DNA of 64,000 bases from contig NTJQ01000001.1 of NCBI GenBank assembly GCA_002457555.1, positions 132,420-196,419 of the forward strand, written 5' to 3'. Below are positions 46,432 through 55,547 of this stretch, piece after piece (within the stretch, counting starts at the first letter, position 1; each line of letters begins with the position of its first letter). This stretch comes from Marine Group II euryarchaeote MED-G37 (GTDB taxonomy: Archaea > Thermoplasmatota > Poseidoniia > Poseidoniales > Thalassarchaeaceae). A program made the position numbers and the translations under genes. A model generated the notes under the pieces. It saw only the letters and a list, made by a program, of their open reading frames with translations, was not told the DNA's origin and made no database searches.

Positions 46432-49400
46432 ATGGGACAGAGAATTGCGGTTGCGTTAATCGGGTTATTCCTAATATCCTTGCTTCCATTTGGCGATTTT
46501 AACACCGACCAAGCCGAAGATTCAACAGAGTCCCTAGATTGGTCTGTAAATCGCATAGAAATAGCTGCTGACCCCAATTCAATCCAAGACCTTCAATCCC
46601 CAACTGTGACAGAGGGATTTGAGAGAGTGAGGGTCAACAACGCTGATTCTAGCATTGGAGTATATACCGAGTCGGGATTGATTCCATCCGTTCATTTACC
46701 AAATTCTCTTTCTCATTATCGCTCGGACTTGGCAATGGTCATCGTCGATGGTGATGTGGGAATTTGGGATGCTCGTCTGGAATTAGAATCCTCAGCGGAA
46801 GTTGAGATACGAACAACCGTCCCCCCATCTGGATTCTTGGTTCAAGGGACACCTCAGGAATTGGATAAGCTAACAACTAATTCTGCAGTTGTTGCGTCAC
46901 ATCCAGTTCCAACCGGACTACTTGTTCATCCGTTACTGACAGTGGTTGAGGAAGGCTCGATTATGGTTGAGATCCTTGGCTGGAAGGATGATAACTTACA
47001 GAGGCATATGGAACCAGGGCTTGGTTTGGAAAGTTCTCTTACAGATGTTGCAAGTAAGTGGCTTACCGATGGATGGAGTCCTGAGGAGGGCCGATATTGG
47101 GGCGAAATTGAACTTTCTAACTTAGCCAGCATGCTTGAACACCCTGCTGTAGCATATGTTGCTCCTCTACCTGTTTTGGAACTAAAGAATGACAATGCTA
47201 GAAGCCATATGGGAATCAATACGGTTGAATCCTTTTTCATCACAAATATAGATGGGGCAGGTCAAACTATTGCTGTTGGAGACTCGGGAATAGATCACGA
47301 TCATGGAGATTTCAACAACCGCATTGCCGGTAGAACTTCAGTTACACCCGGAGATTCCTCTACTGCTGATTTATCCGATGGACACGGGACTCACGTTGCA
47401 TGCACTGTGTTAGGTTCCGGAATGAGAAGTAGTGGTTCCTATGAGGGAGTAGCGCCGGCAGCGGACCTATATTTTCAAGCGATGGAGGATGATGACTCCG
47501 GCGCCCTGTACAGTTACGGAATCAATAGTATGTTGAATTCTGCTTACAACGCAGGCGCCCGTTTACACACGAATAGTTGGGGCGCAGGCAGTGGTTTCGG
47601 TTCTTACTCAACTCAATCTGAGGATGCGGACGATCGAACATCAACTTGGGATCAATACTGGAACTACGATGGGATGACAGTTCTCTTTGCAGCTGGAAAC
47701 GAAAGAAACGATGGTGTATCTCCACCCGGTACAGCGAAGAATGTAATCACCGTTGGTGGGCACAAGAACCGATACAGCGGCTCACCGGATGAAATGTACT
47801 ATTGGAGTAGCCGTGGACCTACTGATGACGGGCGACTTAAGCCGGATTTAGTAGGCCCAGGTGACGGAGTCCGCTCATGTCTTTCCCAAGAAGCCGAGCA
47901 AGCATCTTCTGGCTGGTCAAATAATTGGTACATTGAGTACAGCGGTACTTCGATGGCAACACCCGCAGCAGCGGGTGCTGCAACTTTAGTGCGACAATAT
48001 CTCATGGATGTTGCAAATAGGCCTGCTCCTCAAGGAGCGCTGGTAAAGGCCCTACTAATTCTCGGCGCTCAAGATATGGGGGCTCGAAACATTCCAAACA
48101 ATGACGAGGGTTGGGGTAGGGTGAATCTTGTAAATTCACTTGTTCCAGATAGTGATGAGGGAATTTTTGTCGATGATCGTAGTCGTATTTCTTCCGGTCA
48201 AACCAAGGAATATACCTTCGAAATAACAAGAGGTGCAGAACCACTCAAGGTGGTATTAGCCTGGTCTGATTATCCTGGTTCTTCCCAGACTACGAATCAG
48301 TTGCGTAATGACCTGAACTTAGAGGTGATTCACCCCAATGGTGGGACTTCCTTCAAAGGTAATGTTTTCAGTGGCGGGAAATCAATTGCGGGCGGTAATT
48401 TTGACGATAAAAACAACGTCGAAGTAGTGCTGATAGATAATGCAGGCGTTGGTACATGGACAGTTCGTGTAACCGATGATTATCATGGTGGAAGTAGGAC
48501 TTGGCAACCTTATGCTTTAGCCGTAAGAGGAGTCAACGTAAACGACCTTTCGCCAGATCCAACATTTGCTCCCGACGTTTCAATCAACCCACCAATTCCG
48601 CAAATTGGAGATCCTGTTCAGATTCAAGTAACCGTCGAAAATCTTGGTGCAGGTTCGGTTTCAAATCTTGATGTGATGGCTAGGGCCGATGGCAGCCACA
48701 TATCCACTCAAACCATTTCGATGAGTCCTGGTGAGTCAGTAGATGTACAGTGGAATTGGACTCCGTCTACTGAAGGTTTAGTCGAATTGTCTTTCCATTT
48801 AGATCCAAATGATTTAGTGGAGGAATCAAATGAAGGAAATAATCTACTAACTCATACGATGATAATTAGCGCCCCTGGAGTCAGGGTGACCTCAGATGAA
48901 CCATTCATGACTTTAGGTGAAGCAGATGACAGTTCCACATCATGGAATATGCTTCTAACTAATACTGCATTATTCGAAACTAATGCAACAATCGAAACAA
49001 CTTCTCCTGTAAGGTTGAGTGATGGTGTTGAATTCGATTGGTATTCCTCACTTACTTCAAACACCTTTAATCTGCAAGAGGCAGAATCGGTAGAGGTAGG
49101 CCTCACGCTTATCCATCCGGCTCCTCCTGAACCAGGAACATATGTGATGACAGTAACCGGAACGGATATCGAGAATGATATTGAGTCTGAATTAGATCTA
49201 TATTTCGATGTGCCAATACTAGCCGCAGCAGATGTGCTAATTACATCTGGTAAAATTCCAGTCAGCCCTATCTCACAAACTCAATTACAAGTATTCGTAA
49301 CCAACGAAGGTAACGGACCTCAAACTTACGATGTAGAGTTAAGTTCGCCTGCTGGTTGGCATCTTGGATTAGATACTTTAGGGGCCTTTGAAGGCTCATC

Positions 49401-50922
49401 CCACGGTTCGACCGGAACTCTTGCTGTGGGTGAGAGCCGATCAATCGACATAACCGTCAACCCCCCAGGTGCTATGATTCAAGCAGGGTTGAATTTCGAT
49501 GCCGGTTTGACAGTTCATTCTAGAGTCAGTAGTGACTCTTGGTCAGTTCCGATTACCTTAGAGGTGATGGCTATGGACCAACTTTCTGCAACTCCTATTA
49601 GTGATGGGATTCAGTATGAGGTTTCTCCAGATGAAACTCTGAATCTCGAAATCGATTTCCTGAATACGGGTAACCGTCATTTAACCATGACTCCATATCA
49701 GAGAGCGATTCCTTCTGGATGGTCGATTGTTGGCGGACTCAACACATTGGAAGCACCGGCAGGAGAAGCCACAACTTGGTCGGTTACTTTGCAAGGTAAT
49801 GGTCGAGCAACAAGTGGTGATTTCAAACTGAGATTTGCTACGGATGACGGTTTCTCATTGGACTGGAATAGAACCATCGATGTTCTCTCAGCAGCGATTC
49901 CGAGCCTTGCATTCCACCAAGTAGTCTTGGCTGATGGAACAACATCCCCAACTCCTTTAGGAGTTGGTGCACATCCAGTTGGAACAGGTTTTGATTTGGC
50001 ATGGGAAGTTGAGAATGAGGGCACCTCGACTTGGCGTCCAATAACTTCAATCATCGTTCCTAATGATGACAATTGGGAAGCGAACTGCCCTATCACACCA
50101 TCATCACTAGCGGCTGGAGCGAGTAGCATAATCTGGTGCACGGTTACTATTCCTGTCTCAGAACAAGCAGGTTCTGAGCCAGTAGTTACTCTAAGGATGG
50201 AGGGAGAAGGTGTTGTTGTTGAGAATTCTATTTCACTCCTTGTTGATTCGGTTGCGGCCGTAGTTTGGGATTTGCGCACCGAATCTTTTGCCCATGAAGG
50301 ATATCCAGTTCAGATGACAATAGACATTCAGAATATCGGAAATTCGCAAATCAATCACAGACTTGATGTAAATGCTCCAGACGATTGGGGTGTTTTCATC
50401 GACGATGAATTGTTAGTCATCTTAAGTCCGGGGGAATCTCGATCAATAGTAATCGAATTCACCCCAGCCAGTGGTAGCGACGGCACTATTCAGTTAGCAT
50501 TACGAAATGGAGAACTTATCCAAGATTCAACTTTCAGTTTTGAGGTCGATGTAATGCCTGCACGAGGCGAGAGTAACAACATGGCATCAACTCTAATTCC
50601 TATCCTCATTATTCTCCTAATCGCGATTCTTGCAGGAGGCGGATTCTATGTATTCCAACAAAAGGGTGGTAAATTGGAATCAATAATGGCAAATGAAGCT
50701 GTAAGTAAGATTACCGATTCTCTAAATATTACCGAAAAAGAAAGTGGTTCTGGTATTGAATGCTGGGTCTGTAGTGGTGATATCATCGTTGGTGAAGCCT
50801 TAGCTTGCGGTAGTTGTGGGGCTCGTTATCATCGACCAGGTCAAGTAGGCGGGTGTGATATTCTTTCACTCGGAAAGTGCCTTCACTGCAATGCGGATTG
50901 GAACGAGTTAGTCGACGCATAA
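46432..50922 (+). CDS. giant S8 subtilisin-like serine protease with CARDB/NEW3-like Ig repeats, TM helix and cytoplasmic Cys/His zinc-finger tail
   Basis: Catalytic triad motifs VGDSGID (D284), DGHGTHVA (H318), SGTSMATP (S507), AAGNE oxyanion Asn. CARDB-like PIPQIGDPVQIQVTVENLGAG...NEGNN; TM near 50581-50660; zinc-finger tail at 50761-50889. Confidence 0.85.
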   Translation: MGQRIAVALIGLFLISLLPFGDFNTDQAEDSTESLDWSVNRIEIAADPNSIQDLQSPTVTEGFERVRVNNADSSIGVYTESGLIPSVHLPNSLSHYRSDLAMVIVDGDVGIWDARLELESSAEVEIRTTVPPSGFLVQGTPQELDKLTTNSAVVASHPVPTGLLVHPLLTVVEEGSIMVEILGWKDDNLQRHMEPGLGLESSLTDVASKWLTDGWSPEEGRYWGEIELSNLASMLEHPAVAYVAPLPVLELKNDNARSHMGINTVESFFITNIDGAGQTIAVGDSGIDHDHGDFNNRIAGRTSVTPGDSSTADLSDGHGTHVACTVLGSGMRSSGSYEGVAPAADLYFQAMEDDDSGALYSYGINSMLNSAYNAGARLHTNSWGAGSGFGSYSTQSEDADDRTSTWDQYWNYDGMTVLFAAGNERNDGVSPPGTAKNVITVGGHKNRYSGSPDEMYYWSSRGPTDDGRLKPDLVGPGDGVRSCLSQEAEQASSGWSNNWYIEYSGTSMATPAAAGAATLVRQYLMDVANRPAPQGALVKALLILGAQDMGARNIPNNDEGWGRVNLVNSLVPDSDEGIFVDDRSRISSGQTKEYTFEITRGAEPLKVVLAWSDYPGSSQTTNQLRNDLNLEVIHPNGGTSFKGNVFSGGKSIAGGNFDDKNNVEVVLIDNAGVGTWTVRVTDDYHGGSRTWQPYALAVRGVNVNDLSPDPTFAPDVSINPPIPQIGDPVQIQVTVENLGAGSVSNLDVMARADGSHISTQTISMSPGESVDVQWNWTPSTEGLVELSFHLDPNDLVEESNEGNNLLTHTMIISAPGVRVTSDEPFMTLGEADDSSTSWNMLLTNTALFETNATIETTSPVRLSDGVEFDWYSSLTSNTFNLQEAESVEVGLTLIHPAPPEPGTYVMTVTGTDIENDIESELDLYFDVPILAAADVLITSGKIPVSPISQTQLQVFVTNEGNGPQTYDVELSSPAGWHLGLDTLGAFEGSSHGSTGTLAVGESRSIDITVNPPGAMIQAGLNFDAGLTVHSRVSSDSWSVPITLEVMAMDQLSATPISDGIQYEVSPDETLNLEIDFLNTGNRHLTMTPYQRAIPSGWSIVGGLNTLEAPAGEATTWSVTLQGNGRATSGDFKLRFATDDGFSLDWNRTIDVLSAAIPSLAFHQVVLADGTTSPTPLGVGAHPVGTGFDLAWEVENEGTSTWRPITSIIVPNDDNWEANCPITPSSLAAGASSIIWCTVTIPVSEQAGSEPVVTLRMEGEGVVVENSISLLVDSVAAVVWDLRTESFAHEGYPVQMTIDIQNIGNSQINHRLDVNAPDDWGVFIDDELLVILSPGESRSIVIEFTPASGSDGTIQLALRNGELIQDSTFSFEVDVMPARGESNNMASTLIPILIILLIAILAGGGFYVFQQKGGKLESIMANEAVSKITDSLNITEKESGSGIECWVCSGDIIVGEALACGSCGARYHRPGQVGGCDILSLGKCLHCNADWNELVDA

Positions 50923-50984
50923 ATCGCGACCTAAGGGGCCACGTAGCCCGAAGCCCTTAGAGGGGCTCGATTGTCGGCCAATCG

Positions 50985-53660
50985 ATGAATCGTGCTTCTT
51001 CGGCCCGTCTGCTGACGGTATTGCTAGTAATCACGATGCTGTCTCCATTGGTTCAGGCCGAGATAGATCCTCGGTTAACTGCAAGCCCAACGGCTCAGGA
51101 AGCAGATGCGGATAACCCGGCAGAATATACGATCACCATCCATAATGATGGCGACGATGATATGGCGGTTAGCTTGAGTACTCAACAGGACTCATCTAAT
51201 TGCAACGGCTTCAGTTCCACCATAGAACAGGTATCTGGAGCCATAGGTGGTGGCGAATCTGAACAAGTGACTCTTACCGTAAGCGTAAATGAGCAGGCAA
51301 ATGGAGAGTGTGAAACCACCGTCCAAGCGACAGCAACCGGTGGAGCAGGGGCGCCCAAGAATGCCGACGTTACGGTAACAACCACAGCAGGAGACGGCGG
51401 AGGCCTCTATGCTATCCAATTATCAACCGATGAAACAGATGTTGAATTTGACGGAAGCGATTCAGTAGTCTGGGACGTTGAGGTTGAGAATACGGGCGAA
51501 CAACAGGCCAATGTACAACTGGAGATGACCAGTGATAACGACTGTGAATCGGATGACCTGACTGCTGAGGTAGACCCTACTGTAGTTCAGTTGGATTCAG
51601 GAGATACCGAAACCGTCGAAGTGACCGTGGATGTTCCCGACGGTAGCTCTACCGAAGCAGGAGAGCATTGTTTCCTCCTTTTGGCTACTGTAACTAATGA
51701 TCCGAATGCCGCCGATAGAGCCGAGGACAATCTCACACTCAAGTTGAGTGTGCCAGAAGTGAAGGAATGTGATGGCTCATTGCAGACTTCTTCTCACAAC
51801 CTCGATCCTGGCCAGACAGCGACAAATAGTTTCGAAGTAGAAAATATCGGAAATACTGAATGGACTGTTCAAACGCAAGCCCAATCTCCCGGAACAGATA
51901 TCTCTGGATGGGTTGTATTTGATAGTCCGAAGTCTGCATTATTAGCCAAACCAGGAAATTCCGACGACAGTCATACGTTCACTTTCTCAGTAACGCCTGA
52001 CGATTCAGTTGAGGCTGGTTCACAGATTGAAATCAAGATACAGGGCCGTTCAAATCAAGGCGTTGGCTGTGAGCAAATACTCACAGTGACTATCGGGCAG
52101 GTGCATGAAGCTAGACTGACCCTAAGCACCTCGAAATTATCCAATGTAGAACCAGGAACCTCCGATTCAGTTACTATAACCGTAGAAAACCGCGGCAATG
52201 GTTTAGACACGTTTTCTCTAACAACAATGGACCTTCCAGAAGGATGGCAAATTTCCTTTTCCCAGTCTTCTGTGACGATAAACAGTAAGCACAACTCCAA
52301 CAACGAAGAATCACTAACTGCTACAGTAAATGTGCCATCAAACGCTCTAGCAGGGGACAATACTGTTGAATTCGGTGTGACTGTTAGTGGCTCAACAACC
52401 ATATTGCATAGCAGGGTGCTAACAGTTTCCGTAGCCGCAAGACACGACCTTACTGCAGACATACTTTCGACTCAGCAAACTGGTCGTTCAGGCCAAGTAG
52501 TCCAGTTCCCAATTGATATTGTTAACACGGGAAATATTCGAGATACATTCAAACTACAGGTATGTGACCCTAACGATCAAACTGGCTGTAACCCTCCAAT
52601 GTGGGCAGCATCATATTCCGATACCTCTGGGAATTCAATTACTCAAATTATTCTTGATCCGGGAGAATCTAGACGAGTATTCCTCGACGTAACGGTGGAA
52701 GGAGAGGAAGATGCAGATTCAGTAACAATCCTGTCGCGCGTAGCAATTTTTGGAACGAGTGAAAAGATAGAGCAAACGATTAGTGTGATAGTCTCGAATT
52801 ACGATTATGGCATGGCCATCTCTCCCGAAATGCCAGGGCCAATTGCGGGTCAAATGGATATTGTTCTTCCACCTGGCGGGACCACGCAAGTCAGTTTTTG
52901 GGTAGAGAATACAGGCAACTTTCCCGGTGGTGATAGTGCAGTCATCTCTATGACAGGCATGGAATCTTCTGTACTCCGTCGAGTCCTGATCAATGGAGTA
53001 GCGGTAGATGGAAATATTGCAGTTCCTTCAGGAGACAGAGTCCTAGTGACCATTGAATTGGAAGTTCTAGAAGGTGTTTCTAGCGGAACTACAGGTATTG
53101 TAAAGATCAGCGCATCTTCGGAGAAGAACGCTGCAGAAAGCACCAGTGTAGACTTGATTTTTGAAGTTAGAACAATACATGATTTACGATTCACCCTAGA
53201 AGGTGAGGATGAATTAACTACAGATGAAAAAACAAGTGCTGAGTTCATTCTGCACGTTACAAATCATGGAAATATTGTTGAAACAGTCCAGATACTAACT
53301 AGCGATTCTCTCAGAGGGTGGACAGTTAATGTCATCGAGGACGAGTTCGAACTCTCCCCAGGTAATTCACGAACGATTATCGTAAGAGTCACTCCTCCCG
53401 CAGGAATGGTGCAGGATGACACCTACCGATTCACCATTACTGTGCAACCGAAGGGTATGCCGGTGGCCGGCGAACCTCTAGACTTGGAAGTCACCGCTGA
53501 GGTATCTTCCGGGCTAAGTTGGTTGAGCGAAGATAACGAACAGATTCTAATTTACGGATTAACTTCTATTGGTGGTATATTAGTTATTATTTTGTATTTC
53601 AGATCACGTGCAGAAAATCGTAGAATACTCAAAGCCTTGGATAACGAATCGAGTGACTGA
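50985..53660 (+). CDS. surface protein of about 8 tandem CARDB/NEW3-like Ig domains with C-terminal TM anchor
   Basis: Signal peptide. Recurrent strand motif x-V/I-x-N-x-G-N (ITIHNDGD, VEVENTGE, FEVENIGN, ITVENRGN, IDIVNTGN, FWVENTGN, LHVTNHGN); TM ILIYGLTSIGGILVIILYF. Confidence 0.7.
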   Translation: MNRASSARLLTVLLVITMLSPLVQAEIDPRLTASPTAQEADADNPAEYTITIHNDGDDDMAVSLSTQQDSSNCNGFSSTIEQVSGAIGGGESEQVTLTVSVNEQANGECETTVQATATGGAGAPKNADVTVTTTAGDGGGLYAIQLSTDETDVEFDGSDSVVWDVEVENTGEQQANVQLEMTSDNDCESDDLTAEVDPTVVQLDSGDTETVEVTVDVPDGSSTEAGEHCFLLLATVTNDPNAADRAEDNLTLKLSVPEVKECDGSLQTSSHNLDPGQTATNSFEVENIGNTEWTVQTQAQSPGTDISGWVVFDSPKSALLAKPGNSDDSHTFTFSVTPDDSVEAGSQIEIKIQGRSNQGVGCEQILTVTIGQVHEARLTLSTSKLSNVEPGTSDSVTITVENRGNGLDTFSLTTMDLPEGWQISFSQSSVTINSKHNSNNEESLTATVNVPSNALAGDNTVEFGVTVSGSTTILHSRVLTVSVAARHDLTADILSTQQTGRSGQVVQFPIDIVNTGNIRDTFKLQVCDPNDQTGCNPPMWAASYSDTSGNSITQIILDPGESRRVFLDVTVEGEEDADSVTILSRVAIFGTSEKIEQTISVIVSNYDYGMAISPEMPGPIAGQMDIVLPPGGTTQVSFWVENTGNFPGGDSAVISMTGMESSVLRRVLINGVAVDGNIAVPSGDRVLVTIELEVLEGVSSGTTGIVKISASSEKNAAESTSVDLIFEVRTIHDLRFTLEGEDELTTDEKTSAEFILHVTNHGNIVETVQILTSDSLRGWTVNVIEDEFELSPGNSRTIIVRVTPPAGMVQDDTYRFTITVQPKGMPVAGEPLDLEVTAEVSSGLSWLSEDNEQILIYGLTSIGGILVIILYFRSRAENRRILKALDNESSD

Positions 53661-53781
53661 GCCTAGACGTTTAGCGAGGACAAATCCAAACCTCGAATCT
53701 TTCTATTGTATTGTCTGTGCTGAGCATCCTCAATGAACACACGGTTATGCTTATGACCGTATTTTCCGTGGCCGAGTCTGT

Positions 53782-53798
53782 CGGTCCCTACGGGACCG
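53782..53798 (+). promoter_or_regulatory. GC-rich 7-bp hairpin abutting the nuoA ribosome-binding site
   Basis: CGGTCCC-TAC-GGGACCG, ending 2 nt before SD AGGTG (53801-53805) and 13 nt before ATG 53812. Confidence 0.3.
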
Positions 53799-53811
53799 TC
53801 AGGTGTCAGCG

Positions 53812-54258
53812 ATGTCGACGGTTCCAGAAGCATATCTCGCACTAGCCGTGATGACCCTCGTCGGCATAGGTTTCCCAGTGATGAGTTTCATCGCATCTCG
53901 CTTTCTAAGGCCAACTCCAAGTGCCCATGATAACAACAAATTACGTTCCATTTTGCTTCCTGGATATGAGACTGATCAGAGCCTATACGTCAGACGAGAA
54001 AGCACTTACGAATGTGGATCCGATCCAGTGGGTGATGCACACATCAATTTCCATTTCCAGTACTATTGGTATGCTATTATCTTCCTTGTATTCGACATCG
54101 CATTCATGTTCCTAGCATTTGGAGGAGTAATTGCGATTCAGGATGCTGGTGGAGATATCGATATTTGGTCAGCGATGATTACCCTAACCGTATTCATCGT
54201 CTTAATGAGTCTAGGTGTCTGGCACGTCTTTCGCAAGCGCGGTCGAATTTACATCTGA
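53812..54258 (+). CDS. nuoA: NADH-quinone oxidoreductase-like complex subunit A
   Basis: YECGSDPVGDAHINFHFQYYWYAIIFLVFDI; 3 TM; loop about 20 aa longer than usual. Confidence 0.85.
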   Translation: MSTVPEAYLALAVMTLVGIGFPVMSFIASRFLRPTPSAHDNNKLRSILLPGYETDQSLYVRRESTYECGSDPVGDAHINFHFQYYWYAIIFLVFDIAFMFLAFGGVIAIQDAGGDIDIWSAMITLTVFIVLMSLGVWHVFRKRGRIYI

Positions 54259-54267
54259 GGTGATTGA

Positions 54268-54864
54268 ATGAGTGATGAACCCCCAAACTTCTCGGTTTTC
54301 AATAGTAGACTTCTCGTGGACACAGTAGGCGACGTAACCGATGAGGCACTCAAGGCTAGCCGGATGAAAGAAGTAATCGGAGTACTCGGTGGTCGACTAT
54401 TCAATTGGGGTCAACGAAAGTCGCTATTCCCTCTGCATCTTGGGATCAAATGCTGTGCTTTAGAGATGGCAGCGGCAGGAGCTAGCCGATTTGATGCAGA
54501 GCGATTCGGCGTTTTCTTCCGCTCTAGTCCAAGGCAGTGTGATGTGCTATTGGTCAATGGGCCAGTTTCAAAGAAGTTCGCAGATCCAATCGTACGACTT
54601 TGGGAACAAATGCCAGAGCCTAAATGGTGTATCGCAATGGGCGAGTGTGCGATTTCAGGTGGACCATACTTTCAGTCTTACAACATACTCGAGGGAGTTG
54701 ACACAGTAATTCCAGTTGATGTGTATATTCCAGGATGCCCTCCGCGCCCAGAGGCATTGATTGATGGCTTCGGGAAATTGCGTGAGAAGATTATCCGCAT
54801 CGGTGGAGTACCGAGCGAAGTCCGACCGATGAGCGAGGCGCCGCTAATCGTCGGAGACGAGTGA
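54268..54864 (+). CDS. nuoB: complex I subunit B (N2 cluster)
   Basis: CCALEM, SPRQCDVLLV, MGECAISGGPY, GCPPRPEAL; SD GAGGTGA. Confidence 0.92.
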   Translation: MSDEPPNFSVFNSRLLVDTVGDVTDEALKASRMKEVIGVLGGRLFNWGQRKSLFPLHLGIKCCALEMAAAGASRFDAERFGVFFRSSPRQCDVLLVNGPVSKKFADPIVRLWEQMPEPKWCIAMGECAISGGPYFQSYNILEGVDTVIPVDVYIPGCPPRPEALIDGFGKLREKIIRIGGVPSEVRPMSEAPLIVGDE

Positions 54865-55535
54865 AAGGGGAATCTAGCATGGGTAAGAAAATCTCTGCAG
54901 CGGCTCAGCAGAAGGCAGCTGAGGAATTAGCAAAGGTAATTTCGTCTATCGATGGAGTATCCGCTGAACTCGATAGCCGTTCAAGTGGCACACAGGTCCG
55001 CCATACGGTAAGTGGAACATCTACTCCAGACTCATGGAGGGAATTAGCAGAGACCCTTGCAGTAGACCATGGTGTAGACTATTGCTCAATGATTACCGGC
55101 ATTCACTGGCCAGAGGCTGCCGACAAAACCTGGGAAGTTGTCTACCACCTAATGCGAACGGGAGTGGCTGACCCCGCAGCAATAGAAGGCGTAGTTCAGC
55201 CAAATATCACCGATTCCGATGCTTTGACTGGTGCCGATGTTCCTATGGAGATTCAAATTAGCATTTCACTACCTGATACACGAGAACCGATGGTTGCTTC
55301 AGTGCAAGACATATGGGTTGGAGCAGATTGGAATGAGAAGGAAACATGGGATCTTGTTGGGATCGACTTTGAAGGCCACGAGGGAATGCGCCGTGTCCTA
55401 AATCCCCATGAAACTCCAGTAGGATATCATCCACTACAGAAGCAACACAAGTTGCGCTACCACGGATTCGAAGAAATGTACGATGACGCTCAAGGATTCA
55501 TGAGGAAACCAGCTGATGCTGGGAAGATCAAGTGA
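54861..55535 (+). CDS. nuoC: complex I subunit C (30 kDa)
   Basis: Position between nuoB and nuoD, ...DWNEKETWDLVGIDFEGH...; GTGA overlap start (the alternative ATG is 54879). Confidence 0.85.
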   Translation: MKGESSMGKKISAAAQQKAAEELAKVISSIDGVSAELDSRSSGTQVRHTVSGTSTPDSWRELAETLAVDHGVDYCSMITGIHWPEAADKTWEVVYHLMRTGVADPAAIEGVVQPNITDSDALTGADVPMEIQISISLPDTREPMVASVQDIWVGADWNEKETWDLVGIDFEGHEGMRRVLNPHETPVGYHPLQKQHKLRYHGFEEMYDDAQGFMRKPADAGKIK

Positions 55536-55547
55536 GGGGGGATTTAG

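Noticed and set aside
49698-50279. 193-aa ORF on the minus strand inside the S8 protease gene
   Set aside because: It is an antisense shadow ORF within a gene with strong domain evidence. The composition is low-complexity (Ser/Thr/Pro-rich), with no motif or start context.
50923-50984. Imperfect hairpin CTAAGGG-N16-CCCTTAG after the S8 gene as an intrinsic terminator
   Set aside because: The stem is only 7 bp with a large loop and no following oligo-T tract. The next gene starts 62 nt downstream on the same strand, so read-through is more plausible.
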